Below are positions 26,520 to 37,325 of a stretch of DNA of 64,000 nt, one piece after another (position 1 is the first letter of the stretch; every line of letters starts with the position of its first letter). Under the pieces are notes generated by a model. It did not search any database, was not told the DNA's origin, and was given only the letters and a program-made list of their open reading frames with translations. The stretch covers positions 1-64,000 of the forward strand of contig JAUCBJ010005043.1 of the NCBI GenBank assembly GCA_032718475.1, read 5' to 3'. The DNA is from Nemertoderma westbladi (taxonomy: Eukaryota > Animalia > Xenacoelomorpha). Position numbers and translations under genes: made by a program.

Positions 26520-26706
26520 AGTAGTAGGAGAAGCATAGCCCTCACCATACTCCTCCCTAGCTTGGGCTACGGGCTGCATCTCGGAGGGCTATTAAAAAGG
26601 TGCTAAATCGCGATGTTTAATGACCATCTGTCACCAACAGTATTGATTCGCGTCGTTGCCTTGCCTTCAACCAATCGTTGCTTATTCACCTACGCGTAGC
26701 CTAACC
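26520..26706 (+). repeat. Maverick left TIR (187 bp; degenerate extension to ~27030)
   Basis: Reverse complement of 54364-54550 with one mismatch seen; patchy similarity continues between 26890-27030 and 54130-54320. Confidence 0.97.
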
Positions 26707-27263
26707 ACGCGATGTCTGCCTTACTTCACCATATGTCACCATCAGCAGTTGCCATCAACCAATCGTAGCGTAGCCTAACCTCACGATGCCCGCCTTACTC
26801 GACTGACTGACTAACCCTAATGTTATTCACCTTTTCACCACGTTACCACCACCACCACGTTACCACCACCACTGTATACTGTATATGGTAACGACGTGGC
26901 CATCTACACGCATCATGCATATATTATATTATATTGATTGCCAACTCCACGACTGCTGTCACCAAATCAACAAACCAACCAGTATGATACATAGATTCCG
27001 TCACGTTCCAGCTACGCGTATACGAGCATTAGTGATTATTATTATTACGCAATAATTTTTTTGTTTATACAGTAGTTCCCTACCAGCTAATCAACCAATC
27101 AATAAACTGAATTTAGGCTATTTCTCAGTTTAAGACCTGTATTATTTTTGAAAATATCTTATATATATAATCTCTTGCTTTAATCACAATTAATCATTTG
27201 TAATGGTTTTAGTTTAAAAGTTTTTACTTTGTTTGTTTGATTTACAATAAAATAAATTAAATA

Positions 27264-27707
27264 ATGTCTTCTGATTCCGATATGGTTATGCCAATAGTAA
27301 GGCATTCATTTTTTGCTGAAGATGGTCAAGCCTATATTGTTATTGATTATACAATTTACCGTCAGGGAGATGATAAATATAAAATTGAGTTTTCTGAAAA
27401 AGCCAGGAAAGTTTTAAGCTCAATTGATATTGATGCTTCTGATAATAGTATTCATCTCTTAGATTACAACCTGAAAGTTGAGCATGAGGGAAAATTAATC
27501 AACATCTTACTATTATCCATGATAGAGGGGTTTATTGTTATTACACAATACAACGAAGCTGGTGAAAAGTTTGAAATACGGCTAAATCGGCATAGCCCCT
27601 ACGAAATTATGTCTTTCTTTATTGTAATGATTTCAAAAGAATCCTTTGTCGAAACTGAAGAATCAACGGATAATGTTGAATATGTTGATAATATCATTGA
27701 TTCTTGA
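27264..27707 (+). CDS. Maverick hypothetical protein (147 aa, acidic)
   Basis: Intact ATG ORF in very AT-rich DNA with a TAATG start context; no motif recognised. Confidence 0.7.
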   Translation: MSSDSDMVMPIVRHSFFAEDGQAYIVIDYTIYRQGDDKYKIEFSEKARKVLSSIDIDASDNSIHLLDYNLKVEHEGKLINILLLSMIEGFIVITQYNEAGEKFEIRLNRHSPYEIMSFFIVMISKESFVETEESTDNVEYVDNIIDS

Positions 27708-27872
27708 CTTTTCCCTCTATATTATAAATATTTTATGATTATATATAAAATTTTGATGTTTTTAAATAATCGAAAATTGTAGTAGTATTTGTATATACAG
27801 TATAACAGTTTTGTTTGTTGTTGTTGTTGTGTATTGTGGTAATTATTTTCAATTTACTTTAAAATTTGGAAA

Positions 27873-28325
27873 ATGGATATTTTAAATGAAAAATGTCCAG
27901 TTTGCTATTCTAAGTTATTGCAACAACATCGAGATTATTATAAATGTGAAAATAAACATGCAACTTGCGTACAATGTATTGTACAATATTCCGAAATGAA
28001 TAATTATTGTTCTAAAATTTGTCCTATTTGTCGCGCACCCATATCTAAGTTTAATATAAAGTTGGCAAGTTATCAACCCTATTATTGGAAAGAGCTTCGC
28101 AATATAACTTATATTTCTGCGGAAAGTAATGATCCAGGAGATTTATTTACAATATTGGAGAATATTTTTTATAGAAATGTAGTACGACGCTGTTGCTACT
28201 ATATTCCTTATTTTTTTAGCAGCGAACATAAAAAAATCATTAGCGCGAAATTTTCGGGAAGTGATTTCCAAACCGCCGATGTTACCTATCATTATTTCGC
28301 GTATAAAGATGCTCACCATGCTTGA
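27873..28325 (+). CDS. Maverick RING-finger protein (putative E3 ligase)
   Basis: CPVC-x12-CENKH-ATCVQC...CPICR, C3HC4 pattern. Confidence 0.85.
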   Translation: MDILNEKCPVCYSKLLQQHRDYYKCENKHATCVQCIVQYSEMNNYCSKICPICRAPISKFNIKLASYQPYYWKELRNITYISAESNDPGDLFTILENIFYRNVVRRCCYYIPYFFSSEHKKIISAKFSGSDFQTADVTYHYFAYKDAHHA

Positions 28326-28541
28326 AATTACATCAGTCTATACTATAATTGGAAATAGCACCTTTTGTTGCAGCGAGCGTCACATACTGTAGCGGCGTCA
28401 TATGTTAATTAAATATACAGTACTCTAATATTGTAGTTGCATCAATTATTGTTATATACATAGTAATGGTGATGGATTATTGATATTGATATTGATATTA
28501 TATTATATTGTGTTGTTGATATATCTTAATAATAATAATAA

Positions 28542-29225
28542 ATGGCTGACTTTAATTCAGGTCCATATAATTTAAACTTTCAAATGGGAACGAGTATGAT
28601 AATTTCTGGGCCATCTGGTTCTGGAAAGTCAACCTTTGTAAGCAATTTAATTAAACACAAGAATGGTTGTTTCAACGAAGCCCCCTTGCGAGTATTGTAT
28701 TGTTACGGGAGCAATCCCCCGACTATTCCCGGTATTACTCACCTTTACAAAGGTTTGCCCGAAAATATAGATAGTTTAGTGAATAGTCTAGATTTATTAA
28801 TTATAGATGATTTGTTAACAGAAACTGAGTCCAGTACAGCATTAACTGTATTGTTTACTAAGGTAGCTCATCATTCCAATATATTTATTTGTTTTATAAC
28901 GCAAAACATGTTTTACGGTGGGAAGCATAACCGCACAAGATCAATTAATAGCCATACTTTAGTATTAATGAAAAATCCGAGAGACAGTTTATCGGTTTTA
29001 AATTTCGCGAAGCAGATGTTACCAGGGCAGACCAAATTTTTAGTTGATTCCTATCAAGATGCGACAATTCAACCATTTTCACATTTCTTAATTGATTTAC
29101 GACAGGAAACACCCGAACATTTACGATTTAGATCTGATATATTTCGTAATCATAATTGTTACATTAAAAATTACACTGACTATAAACGTAGCGCAAATAA
29201 TAATAATAATAATAATGATAAATAA
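28542..29225 (+). CDS. A32/FtsK-like genome-packaging ATPase
   Basis: Walker A GPSGSGKS, Walker B LLIIDD, ITQN, RSINSH and KNPRD motifs of Polinton ATPases. Confidence 0.95.
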   Translation: MADFNSGPYNLNFQMGTSMIISGPSGSGKSTFVSNLIKHKNGCFNEAPLRVLYCYGSNPPTIPGITHLYKGLPENIDSLVNSLDLLIIDDLLTETESSTALTVLFTKVAHHSNIFICFITQNMFYGGKHNRTRSINSHTLVLMKNPRDSLSVLNFAKQMLPGQTKFLVDSYQDATIQPFSHFLIDLRQETPEHLRFRSDIFRNHNCYIKNYTDYKRSANNNNNNNDK

Positions 29226-29262
29226 TTAATATTTTGTAACAATTTTCAATAATGTTGCAACA

Positions 29263-29646
29263 ATGAATAGACTTGTGCAGAAATATCGTAACGAACTGGA
29301 ATTTCTACGCAGCGCTACCCCTCAACAAAGAACTTATTTTATTAACCATACCGTGAGTAACGAATTAATACGGCTCATTGTAAATACTGCATTAAATGTT
29401 CTAAAAGGTAATGTACAATTAACCCCTCATTCATTTAGAAATATTCGCCGCTATAAGAAGGTATTGAAATCACTCAACCGTAAAACAAAAAATATATCAA
29501 GTTACAGAAAAAAGTTAAGCAATCAATCTGGAGGTATACTACCGTTTCTAATACCCTTACTCGGCATTGGTGCGAAACTCCCCGCGAGTGCCGGTGCCAC
29601 CGCCGCTGGAGCAGCTATTGCGAAAAAAATTAACCGTGGACGGTAA
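29263..29646 (+). CDS. Basic virion core protein with an adenovirus pX-like C-terminus
   Basis: K/R-rich; NVLKGNVQL; QSGG|ILPFLIPLLG resembles adenovirus pX MRGG|ILPLLIPLIA, an adenain site followed by a hydrophobic helix. Confidence 0.75.
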   Translation: MNRLVQKYRNELEFLRSATPQQRTYFINHTVSNELIRLIVNTALNVLKGNVQLTPHSFRNIRRYKKVLKSLNRKTKNISSYRKKLSNQSGGILPFLIPLLGIGAKLPASAGATAAGAAIAKKINRGR

Positions 29647-29648
29647 TA

Positions 29649-30892
29649 ATGGTTAAAACAGGAGTAACATTTAGAAAATTATATTTAGTATCGAGTAAAC
29701 CGTTAGCTACTGATTTAAAACCTCAAGATATACCTAGAGTAAATACTACAAAAAGAAAACCCTTTAAAACATCAACTTCAACTTCAACTTCGGTTGTCGA
29801 AAAGATGCCTCGCAAGATGAAACCGATTTTAAGCCGAAGCTTAGACAAAAAACTGTTAAGAATTTATTTAGATCCTTCATCCCCTGCGGGATTTGCAAGT
29901 GTTGCAAAATTAGCAAAAGCTGCAAACATCAACCAGCACAAGCCCAGAAATGGCTGAGCGGGCAAAAGACATACACCCTTCACGCTCCACGTAGACATCA
30001 TTATCCAACATCTAAAATATTTACGGGAGGCATAAAAGATATATATATGATAGATTTGGTGGATATGCAGCAATATAAATCGCAAAATAATAATTATAAC
30101 TATATATTAACATGTATTGATGCCTTTAGCAGGCTTGCTTTTGGCTATGGTATGAAAACAAAAAAGGGTATTGAAATTATTAGTATATTGCAAAAAATAT
30201 TCCAGAAAGGAAAACCAAACAGAATCGCCACGGATCAAGGTTCTGAGTTTCTAAATAAATCTGTAAGGAAATATTTAGATACATTAGGTATACAGTATTA
30301 CGTAATGTACTCTGTGAATAAGGCGGCTATTGTCGAGAGATTCAATAGAACATTAAAAACAAAGATGTTCAAAATTTTTACACAACGGGGAAATAATGTT
30401 TGGATAAAAATTTTACCTAAGCTTATCTCAGCTTATAATAGGTCATAACATAGGACAATACAAATGACTCCCATTGAAGTTAATAAATTTAATGAAACTG
30501 AATTAATGAATAGATTATATGGGAAATGTAGACAGATTAATCACAAGAAAATAAAATTTAAAGTTGGAGATACAGTACGATTATCTATCGCTCGTACTGC
30601 TTTTGCTAAAGGCTATCGAGAACAATGGACACGTGAATTATTTATTATTCATCGTGTCAGGTTGGATAGAGTACCTGCTGTAATGTTCGATATTAAGGAC
30701 AGCGCTGGAGCTATAATAAATGGCTCATTTTATTCTCACGAACTCCAAAAGGTCCACCCGAATATTAATATTTATCTAGCAATTGACAAAAATATTGGCA
30801 AACTTAAAGAACGTGTACGCAATGGGAAGAAAGAATATTTAGTCCGATTCATTGGATCCAAGAAACAGTCGTGGGTACAGCATATTCAATAA
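29649..30892 (+). pseudogene. Maverick retroviral-like (c-int) integrase with chromodomain-like tail; one frameshift and one stop
   Basis: IYLDPSSPAGF, frameshift near 29940 into KWLSGQKTYTLH, D-D-E motifs (IDLVDM, TDQGSEF, VERFNRTLK), in-frame TAA at 30446-30448, then FKVGDTVR...WTRELF...EYLVRFIG. Confidence 0.93.
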
Positions 30893-31142
30893 GCTCAGGT
30901 TTATACTGTATATTAATTCATTTTGGTCGCATATGACCGTAATTAATCAATATTAACTCGAATGATATTACTATATCTATAGTTCATCTGCTTTAAATAA
31001 AGCCAGTAAAATATTGATCCCTCGCATATACTGTAGAAGATGCGACAATGAACGTGGTCACAGATGTCTATAATTTAACATTATACTGTACTGTATGTAC
31101 AATGGAGTCAAGTAGAGAGAGCGAGCTTAAATAATAATAATA

Positions 31143-32016
31143 ATGGCCACAGATACATATATCACTCTACTTTCAGATAGCTCATTAAACACTTACCCCA
31201 ATAATAATCCTAGTGAGTTTACTGTTGATTTAGCCGAAGAATTATATATTGGTCCAAACGCTAAAATTGGGCTTGCCGAGCTTCAATACCAAGCAACATA
31301 CAGTAATATTACGCTGCAAACTCAAATCTCGCTGTCAATCGGGGTAGATGCAAAAGATGCCAAATTATATAGTTTATTTCCTGGTATGCATAACTCTATT
31401 CAAGTCATTATTGATGATATAAATAAACTGTTTAATTCTGAAGCGAAATATAGAGATTTCGAATTCATTTTTAATACAAATAATTCTAGAATTAAATTTA
31501 AATTTCCTAAAAAGTTGAAAAAAATACAATTAAGTCTACGTGGTGATTTAATACAAATTCTAGGCTTAAAACCGTTATTGGATCGGAATCATCCAGATAT
31601 TCCGAATTGGGATATATACAGTACCACTACAGTAGATGAATTAAGCAATATAGAACAGCCGATATTAATTTTAAATTATAGTGGGGCCAAAAATTTCGGA
31701 AATTGGCATTTTAGATTTTCCAGCTCCCACGAATATAACACGTAATAAAGATACAATTTTCATATACACAGATATTATTAAGAGCTCATTTGTTGGTGAC
31801 GCTTTAGCTCCGCTCTTAAGAACCTGCCCTTTAACGCAATTAAATCGAAAATATATTAATCACGAATACGAGAGCATTTGCTATTACCCGTTGTTGAATA
31901 AAAAACTAAAAACAATCTTAATTACTTTACGTGATGGGTAAGGCGAATTAATTAACTTCAGCGGAGGTCGTACTGTTATAACACTTAAGTTAATACGGGG
32001 TGGCAGTGATGGATGA
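31143..32016 (+). pseudogene. Minor capsid protein (penton) 1, disrupted
   Basis: YITLLSDSSLNTYPNNNPSEF, IGLAEL; frameshift near 31690 into IFIYTDIIKSSFVGDALAPLLR; in-frame TAA at 31939-31941, then GELINFSGGRTVITL. Confidence 0.88.
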
Positions 32017-32855
32017 ATTCTACGTAAGACTACCGAGTAACTCCTGTCCAATTGATTTTCCCCGCAATAGCGCTAGTAATTATCAGATAAATTTCCACGG
32101 CGCCTTACCTATAAATCCAAACGAAAACTGGGTGGTAGGTATAAAAAGTATATTTTACTTAGCAACGTTACCGTCCATGTATAACAATGTAGAGAATGTT
32201 ATTTTATTAAAAAAAGGGAAAAAAAATTTTGAGGATACACTTCCATCTGGTTTGTTCTACAGTATCAATGACATTATAGATTATTTTAACATGGGGACGT
32301 TGAAAGATAAATTACAAATAGTTGAAAATACTCAGCAAAATAGGTTGCAATTTATTTTAGGGAAAACTGTGCGAGAGTTATTTATAGGTCAACAATTAGC
32401 CTATTATTTTGGAATTACTGAAAATAATCTCGGCGCGAATTTAAATCCAAATTTTAAAATTATTTTGAAGACGAAAAATAATATAAAGGGTTATTTAATA
32501 AAGGTTATCGGAAATGAAGAAAAAGCTTACCAGATGGTATTTTTATGCCCTCAATCACCCAATTCTATTCCAGAACCTAAGTCGAACATGTACGTGACTA
32601 CTAATATAATTGAAAATCAATATATTAACGATTTTGGTTTAGCTTTACTTCGTCGTGTCGCGATACCTGATGATGTGAAATATGGTAGCGTAATAAATAA
32701 AGAATTTGTCAAGGATACAATTCATTATATCCCTGTAAAAAAAATCATATAAGATAACATACATTCATATTGAAATAACAGACAAAGAAGGAAAAGATTT
32801 GAATTTTGAATATGGGACAACATCTATTACATTACACTTTAAACGAATAAATTAA
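32009..32855 (+). pseudogene. Minor capsid protein (penton) 2, frameshifted near the C-terminus
   Basis: FYVRLPSNS...FPRNSASNY, WVVGI, YVTTNIIENQYIND...LLR; shift in the A-run at ~32740 into IHIEITDKEGKDLNFEYGTTSITLHFK. Confidence 0.88.
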
Positions 32856-32856
32856 A

Positions 32857-33417
32857 ATGGATTCTGATTTATTTCAAAGATACAGTAAACCTCAATATGG
32901 TGGTTCAGACTCTAATCTTGCTGTTTTTAAAGGTGGTAGAAGTACCAGAGGTTCGACGCAAGTTCCTGTTTTTCAAGGTGGTTCATATATTGACCCTTAC
33001 GGTCAACAAATTGGTGCATTTGGTCCAAACTTAAAACAACGTCGTTTTCAGCGTTATCGTAGAGGTATGCAGGCAAATCAAGATGGAGAAGGTATATTTA
33101 CAGATGCTTTATCAACATTGAAAAAATTTGGTAAGCCATTAGCTAAAAAAGTTTTACAAAAAGCTTTACCATTTACCACAAAATTTATGAGACAACATGT
33201 AATACCAAAAGGTAAGCGGGTCTTACATCAGCAGGCTAATACGGTTATTAATAAAGCATTAAATAAAATGAAACCGTCAACAAGGTCAGTTGTAGAAAAA
33301 GTTTATAGAGATTTAAAGCGACCTGCTAGACCAATGTCTATGAACATACATCATCGACGTAGTAAAAAGAGAAATATAAAAGGCAAACTGAAACACTGCG
33401 AAAAAAGTATTTTTTAA
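32857..33417 (+). CDS. Arg/Lys-rich virion core protein with protease-site-like motifs
   Basis: QYGG, FKGG, FQGG, QIGAFG and QDGEGIF motifs; very basic; lies between penton and MCP as in Polintons. Confidence 0.75.
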   Translation: MDSDLFQRYSKPQYGGSDSNLAVFKGGRSTRGSTQVPVFQGGSYIDPYGQQIGAFGPNLKQRRFQRYRRGMQANQDGEGIFTDALSTLKKFGKPLAKKVLQKALPFTTKFMRQHVIPKGKRVLHQQANTVINKALNKMKPSTRSVVEKVYRDLKRPARPMSMNIHHRRSKKRNIKGKLKHCEKSIF

Positions 33418-33419
33418 TA

Positions 33420-34679
33420 ATGTCAATTATTAAGGAATTAGATTTATTTTCTACACAGCCAATACAGACTGAATTTAAAGCAAAGCATTATGAAACAATT
33501 TACCCCGTATCTAATCTCAGAAGTGAATCTAGGGAGGTTACGTTCCTTGTACCGAGATCCAATGAATTCTATACGAAACTGCAAGACGCGTTATTAATTA
33601 CAAAATGTACTGTACGCTGGGATAGACGACTTGAAAACTCCCATATTTATATGTTGAATTACCCCGCTGAAACTATGTGGAGTGATATTAAAATAGACCT
33701 TAATGAGAAGCAGGTTGAAAATAGCAATAACCATTATTTCTACAAGTCGTACTTATCCAATTTATTATTTACAACTTACGAGGATAAAAATGGGCTACTG
33801 GGTGCGGGTGGCTTTCATCAACCTTTATCTGAACACGGAAATGAAATTAATGCCGGCGCGCATCCTATTGACGAGGCCTTTAGTAAACAAATGCAATTTG
33901 TAAGTGGATTGACGATTGATTTTGATACTGAAAGCAAAATAATACAACCCGGGTATGATTTAAGAATGCATTTTAGAAAAGTATCAAATTCGTTTATTTT
34001 TAAAATCACTCCAAACGCAAACGCGGTGACAAATCTTCGGCTAGAATTAGATGAAATAAAGATCCTAATCCCTAGAATGGAGGTTAATCCGGTAATAGAA
34101 AGCAGTCACCTAAAAGGTTTAGAGAGTTACGATATTGAATATCAATTCCAAAAAAAGGAGGTGACAACATTTACTATTCCCGCTCAAACCACAAATGACA
34201 CCCAAACAAACATATTTGATGGTAAAAAACCCAAATTAGTTATTATCGGCTTCATAACAAATAATGCTTATTCGGGAGAATTAATTAGCAATCCCTTGAA
34301 ATTCGAACATTTTAACCTTAGACGCGCGGAACTGATTGTAGACGGTCTTCCAGTAGGGGGTGTAATATACGAGCCTAATTTTACAGATGGAACATACATT
34401 TTTGAGTATACTCAATTAATGAAAAACATTAATACATATATTAACGGTTATGGGGGTAATAATATAGACCATGAAACCTACTTAGGTAATTGTCCCCTCC
34501 TATCCTGGGACCTAACCGCCGACGGCTATGTTAGAGATCCGCAACCATCAATATATACTAACGGCCAATTAAAATTAAGATTTCCTGAACCGTTGGTTGA
34601 AACCATAAATGTAATCGTTTTTAATATTTATGATCAATCATTAAGTTTAAATAGCAGGAAAGAAATACATATCGATTAA
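33420..34679 (+). CDS. Double jelly-roll major capsid protein
   Basis: ELDLFSTQPIQT, YETIYPV, YFYKSYL, KPKLVIIGF, GELISNPLKFEHFNL, WDLTAD, GQLKLRF; intact 419 aa. Confidence 0.93.
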   Translation: MSIIKELDLFSTQPIQTEFKAKHYETIYPVSNLRSESREVTFLVPRSNEFYTKLQDALLITKCTVRWDRRLENSHIYMLNYPAETMWSDIKIDLNEKQVENSNNHYFYKSYLSNLLFTTYEDKNGLLGAGGFHQPLSEHGNEINAGAHPIDEAFSKQMQFVSGLTIDFDTESKIIQPGYDLRMHFRKVSNSFIFKITPNANAVTNLRLELDEIKILIPRMEVNPVIESSHLKGLESYDIEYQFQKKEVTTFTIPAQTTNDTQTNIFDGKKPKLVIIGFITNNAYSGELISNPLKFEHFNLRRAELIVDGLPVGGVIYEPNFTDGTYIFEYTQLMKNINTYINGYGGNNIDHETYLGNCPLLSWDLTADGYVRDPQPSIYTNGQLKLRFPEPLVETINVIVFNIYDQSLSLNSRKEIHID

Positions 34680-34681
34680 GT

Positions 34682-35134
34682 ATGTTATCTACAGAGGACC
34701 TTGATATGTTTCCAGTGGGTGGTCACTATTTGGGAGCGTTTCCAGCTAACAAATTACCTAAATTAGATAATAATAAGCGGAAAGATTATGGGTTGATAGT
34801 AAATACCGATAAAGAGCATCTTCCTGGGATTCATTGGATCGCAATATATATACGAGATAATGAGGCCGAAGTATTTGACTCGTTTGGACCAAAATATCCA
34901 AACAGATGCATCGAAAAATGGCTTGAGAAAAATTCCGCAAGGTGGCGTACTACTCGCAAACAATTTCAAGACCCTAGGCGGACCACATGCGGTCTGTACT
35001 GTCTTTATTATTTGGTAAATCGTATTCACACAATCTATCCAATGAGAGCGTTTACAAATAATGTGGAAATAAATGAAATAATATTATATAAATGGCTTGT
35101 TAATTATTATAAAATAAACCAACAAGCGTTGTAA
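34682..35134 (+). CDS. Adenain-like cysteine maturation protease
   Basis: VNTD, GIHW (His), FDSFG (Asp), Q-x6-CGLYC (Gln/Cys). Confidence 0.95.
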   Translation: MLSTEDLDMFPVGGHYLGAFPANKLPKLDNNKRKDYGLIVNTDKEHLPGIHWIAIYIRDNEAEVFDSFGPKYPNRCIEKWLEKNSARWRTTRKQFQDPRRTTCGLYCLYYLVNRIHTIYPMRAFTNNVEINEIILYKWLVNYYKINQQAL

Positions 35135-35165
35135 TTAATCATTTAACTTTTGTTTATCAGATAAA

Positions 35166-35765
35166 ATGGATAATATTATTTTTGTTGATTTTCAATATTA
35201 TAAGATAGACAATAACGAGTATCCGGTAGTATTTAAAGAATTTGCTATATTCGATTCTAATTACACCAAAACTAATATAAAGACGTTTTTAATTAAAGGC
35301 CCACCAAATATTAAGTTATCAGCATTAGATGCAGCCCACGTAAACAATTTACGGGATATGACTTCTCACTTGCCCTGGGACTACGGGGACATTTCGCAAG
35401 ATGACTTTAAAAAATATATGAAGAGACATTTAAAATATAAAAAAAATATTCATGTATTTGGGTTGATGAAGCAGGCAATATTAGTTTCCCAACTCGATGT
35501 TCTCGCGCCAAATTCGGTGGAGAAATTGGGAATATATAAGCAATATCATGATTATTTAACCCCTTGTCGGTTTCACGACCGATTTACTACAGTAGAAAAT
35601 AAATGTGCGTTCCACTTAAACATAAGGGATAACTGTCTGCGATACTGCTCAGCAAAATGCGTTGGGGGGTATGAGATGCTACACTTTTTCATGAGAAAGC
35701 GTTTAACTGCGACTGATGATGATGATAAACAGAAAGAAATAACTGCGGTGGAAGATGTTCTGTAG
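35166..35765 (+). CDS. Maverick accessory protein, DEDD/RNase H-fold-like with Cys/His tail
   Basis: IFVDFQ...FKEFAI...LPWDYGDI...IHVFG, CRFH...CSAKC; a pattern I recognise from Polinton accessory nuclease-like proteins. Confidence 0.6.
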   Translation: MDNIIFVDFQYYKIDNNEYPVVFKEFAIFDSNYTKTNIKTFLIKGPPNIKLSALDAAHVNNLRDMTSHLPWDYGDISQDDFKKYMKRHLKYKKNIHVFGLMKQAILVSQLDVLAPNSVEKLGIYKQYHDYLTPCRFHDRFTTVENKCAFHLNIRDNCLRYCSAKCVGGYEMLHFFMRKRLTATDDDDKQKEITAVEDVL

Positions 35766-36386
35766 GTTTACTCTAAGCATGTAATGTGATGGGATAATAT
35801 AATTGTTTTAATGTCAATAAAAATAATAAAAACATTAAAATCTATTTTTTATATCTCAGTTTGACTAAAGGTGTAGGGCTTAAGTTTACACTCACAAACA
35901 CACCGTACCTACCGGTAGCCGGCTGTTGTATCAGAGTTTAACTACCAGTAGCTGACTTTACACACATACCGACAGATACCAACAACGCTAAACTGTAGAA
36001 CGGCAGAATGGCACCGACAGCAACCACAGCGATTTAGCGTTACCGTACTTACTAATAATAAAATTAAATTAACTCGACATGGGGGTTCGTGAATGCAGCA
36101 TTAGAGGGACCCCCATAACAATAGGCCTACTGGTACCGGCACTGTAGCACTCTTGTAACTGTATCAAGTATACAGGTTTCTTCGATTTAAGGATTAGGCT
36201 ATTACACTTGAATGCTTCCAATTTTCTGTTTACAACTTTAATTGGTCTAATACAGCTATAGTTAACTTTATGCAGGGCCCTTTTTCGCATGTTGACCCAA
36301 TATGGTTTATGGTTAACCTTTAGTACTCGCGGATAGGTAAGGTGCACTTTCATTCGGTTAGGCCTATAGGCCTAATGACTAGCTCT

Positions 36387-36416
36387 CACACACACACACA
36401 CACACACACACACCCC

Positions 36417-36462
<46 letters not shown>
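36387..36462. repeat. (CA)n microsatellite
   Basis: Read directly from the sequence; interrupted by a short C-run. Confidence 0.95.
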
Positions 36463-36464
<2 letters not shown>

Positions 36465-36932
36465 AGGTGTGGTTAGGTAGCGCTATTGGACCTATAAAAT
36501 CCCCTCGCACTCTCTGTTACTAACTTTCAACATTCACTTTATGTTGTATGCTATACCGTTAACTTTTAGTCAGGAACCCCATCATTCAACCAGTCATATA
36601 ATGGCTCCACGCGGATACAATAGGTGTGGCTCGCAGTATACCTAACTAAGCCTATATAAAATCCACCACATTCACTTCATGTTGTAGGCCTATATAAAAC
36701 ATAGTTAGTTTATTTATGTATTCGCTTTTTTTTTAAATTAGATATAAAATAGACTGATAACATTTTAATGAGTTGAAATTTGAAGTTCTCTCCAACTGTT
36801 ACAATCAGACAGGAACACTGGTCACAATTTGACAAATTTAGTAGGTACCGGTAGGGGCTAATTAAGACAGTAACTAACATTCAATAGGTCAGTCAGTCAG
36901 TTCAGTTAGTCAGTATCGATAAATCTCTCTCA

Positions 36933-37325
36933 TTAATAGTACCATTTATAAATTGGTTGCTGTTGCTGTTCCGGTTCCGGTTGCGGTTGTGGTTGTGAAT
37001 GTGTCACAACAACATCATTATCATCATCTTCCCATGGGTTGTTTGGGGGTAACATTGGATTTGTTATACCATCCTCCCAATTTTCTTGAGAAATTATACC
37101 GCCTGTATGAATTTTGCTATCGCTGGGTTGAATTCTCACATTTAATGTGAAATTTTTCATTGTTTTAAAATCTGTTATTTCGTTTCCTCTGTTATTTTTA
37201 ATTTCCATATGGAATTTGCCATCTTCAAGTTTCATACTAATGTCGACTATATTTGCCGCTTGAAGGTATACATCACCAGCTTCAAGATCGAATTTCATAG
37301 AACAACTTGTCACACTTGCTGTCAT
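36933..37325 (-). CDS. Maverick hypothetical protein (130 aa) with QP/Q-rich tail
   Basis: Intact ATG ORF, TATA-like sequence upstream; no family recognised. Confidence 0.6.
   Translation of the reverse strand: MTASVTSCSMKFDLEAGDVYLQAANIVDISMKLEDGKFHMEIKNNRGNEITDFKTMKNFTLNVRIQPSDSKIHTGGIISQENWEDGITNPMLPPNNPWEDDDNDVVVTHSQPQPQPEPEQQQQPIYKWYY

Noticed and set aside
36069-36353. 94-aa minus-strand ORF in the Maverick centre
   Set aside because: No motif, and it contains footprint-like taggccta/taccgg sequences typical of non-coding DNA here; I cannot support it as a gene.
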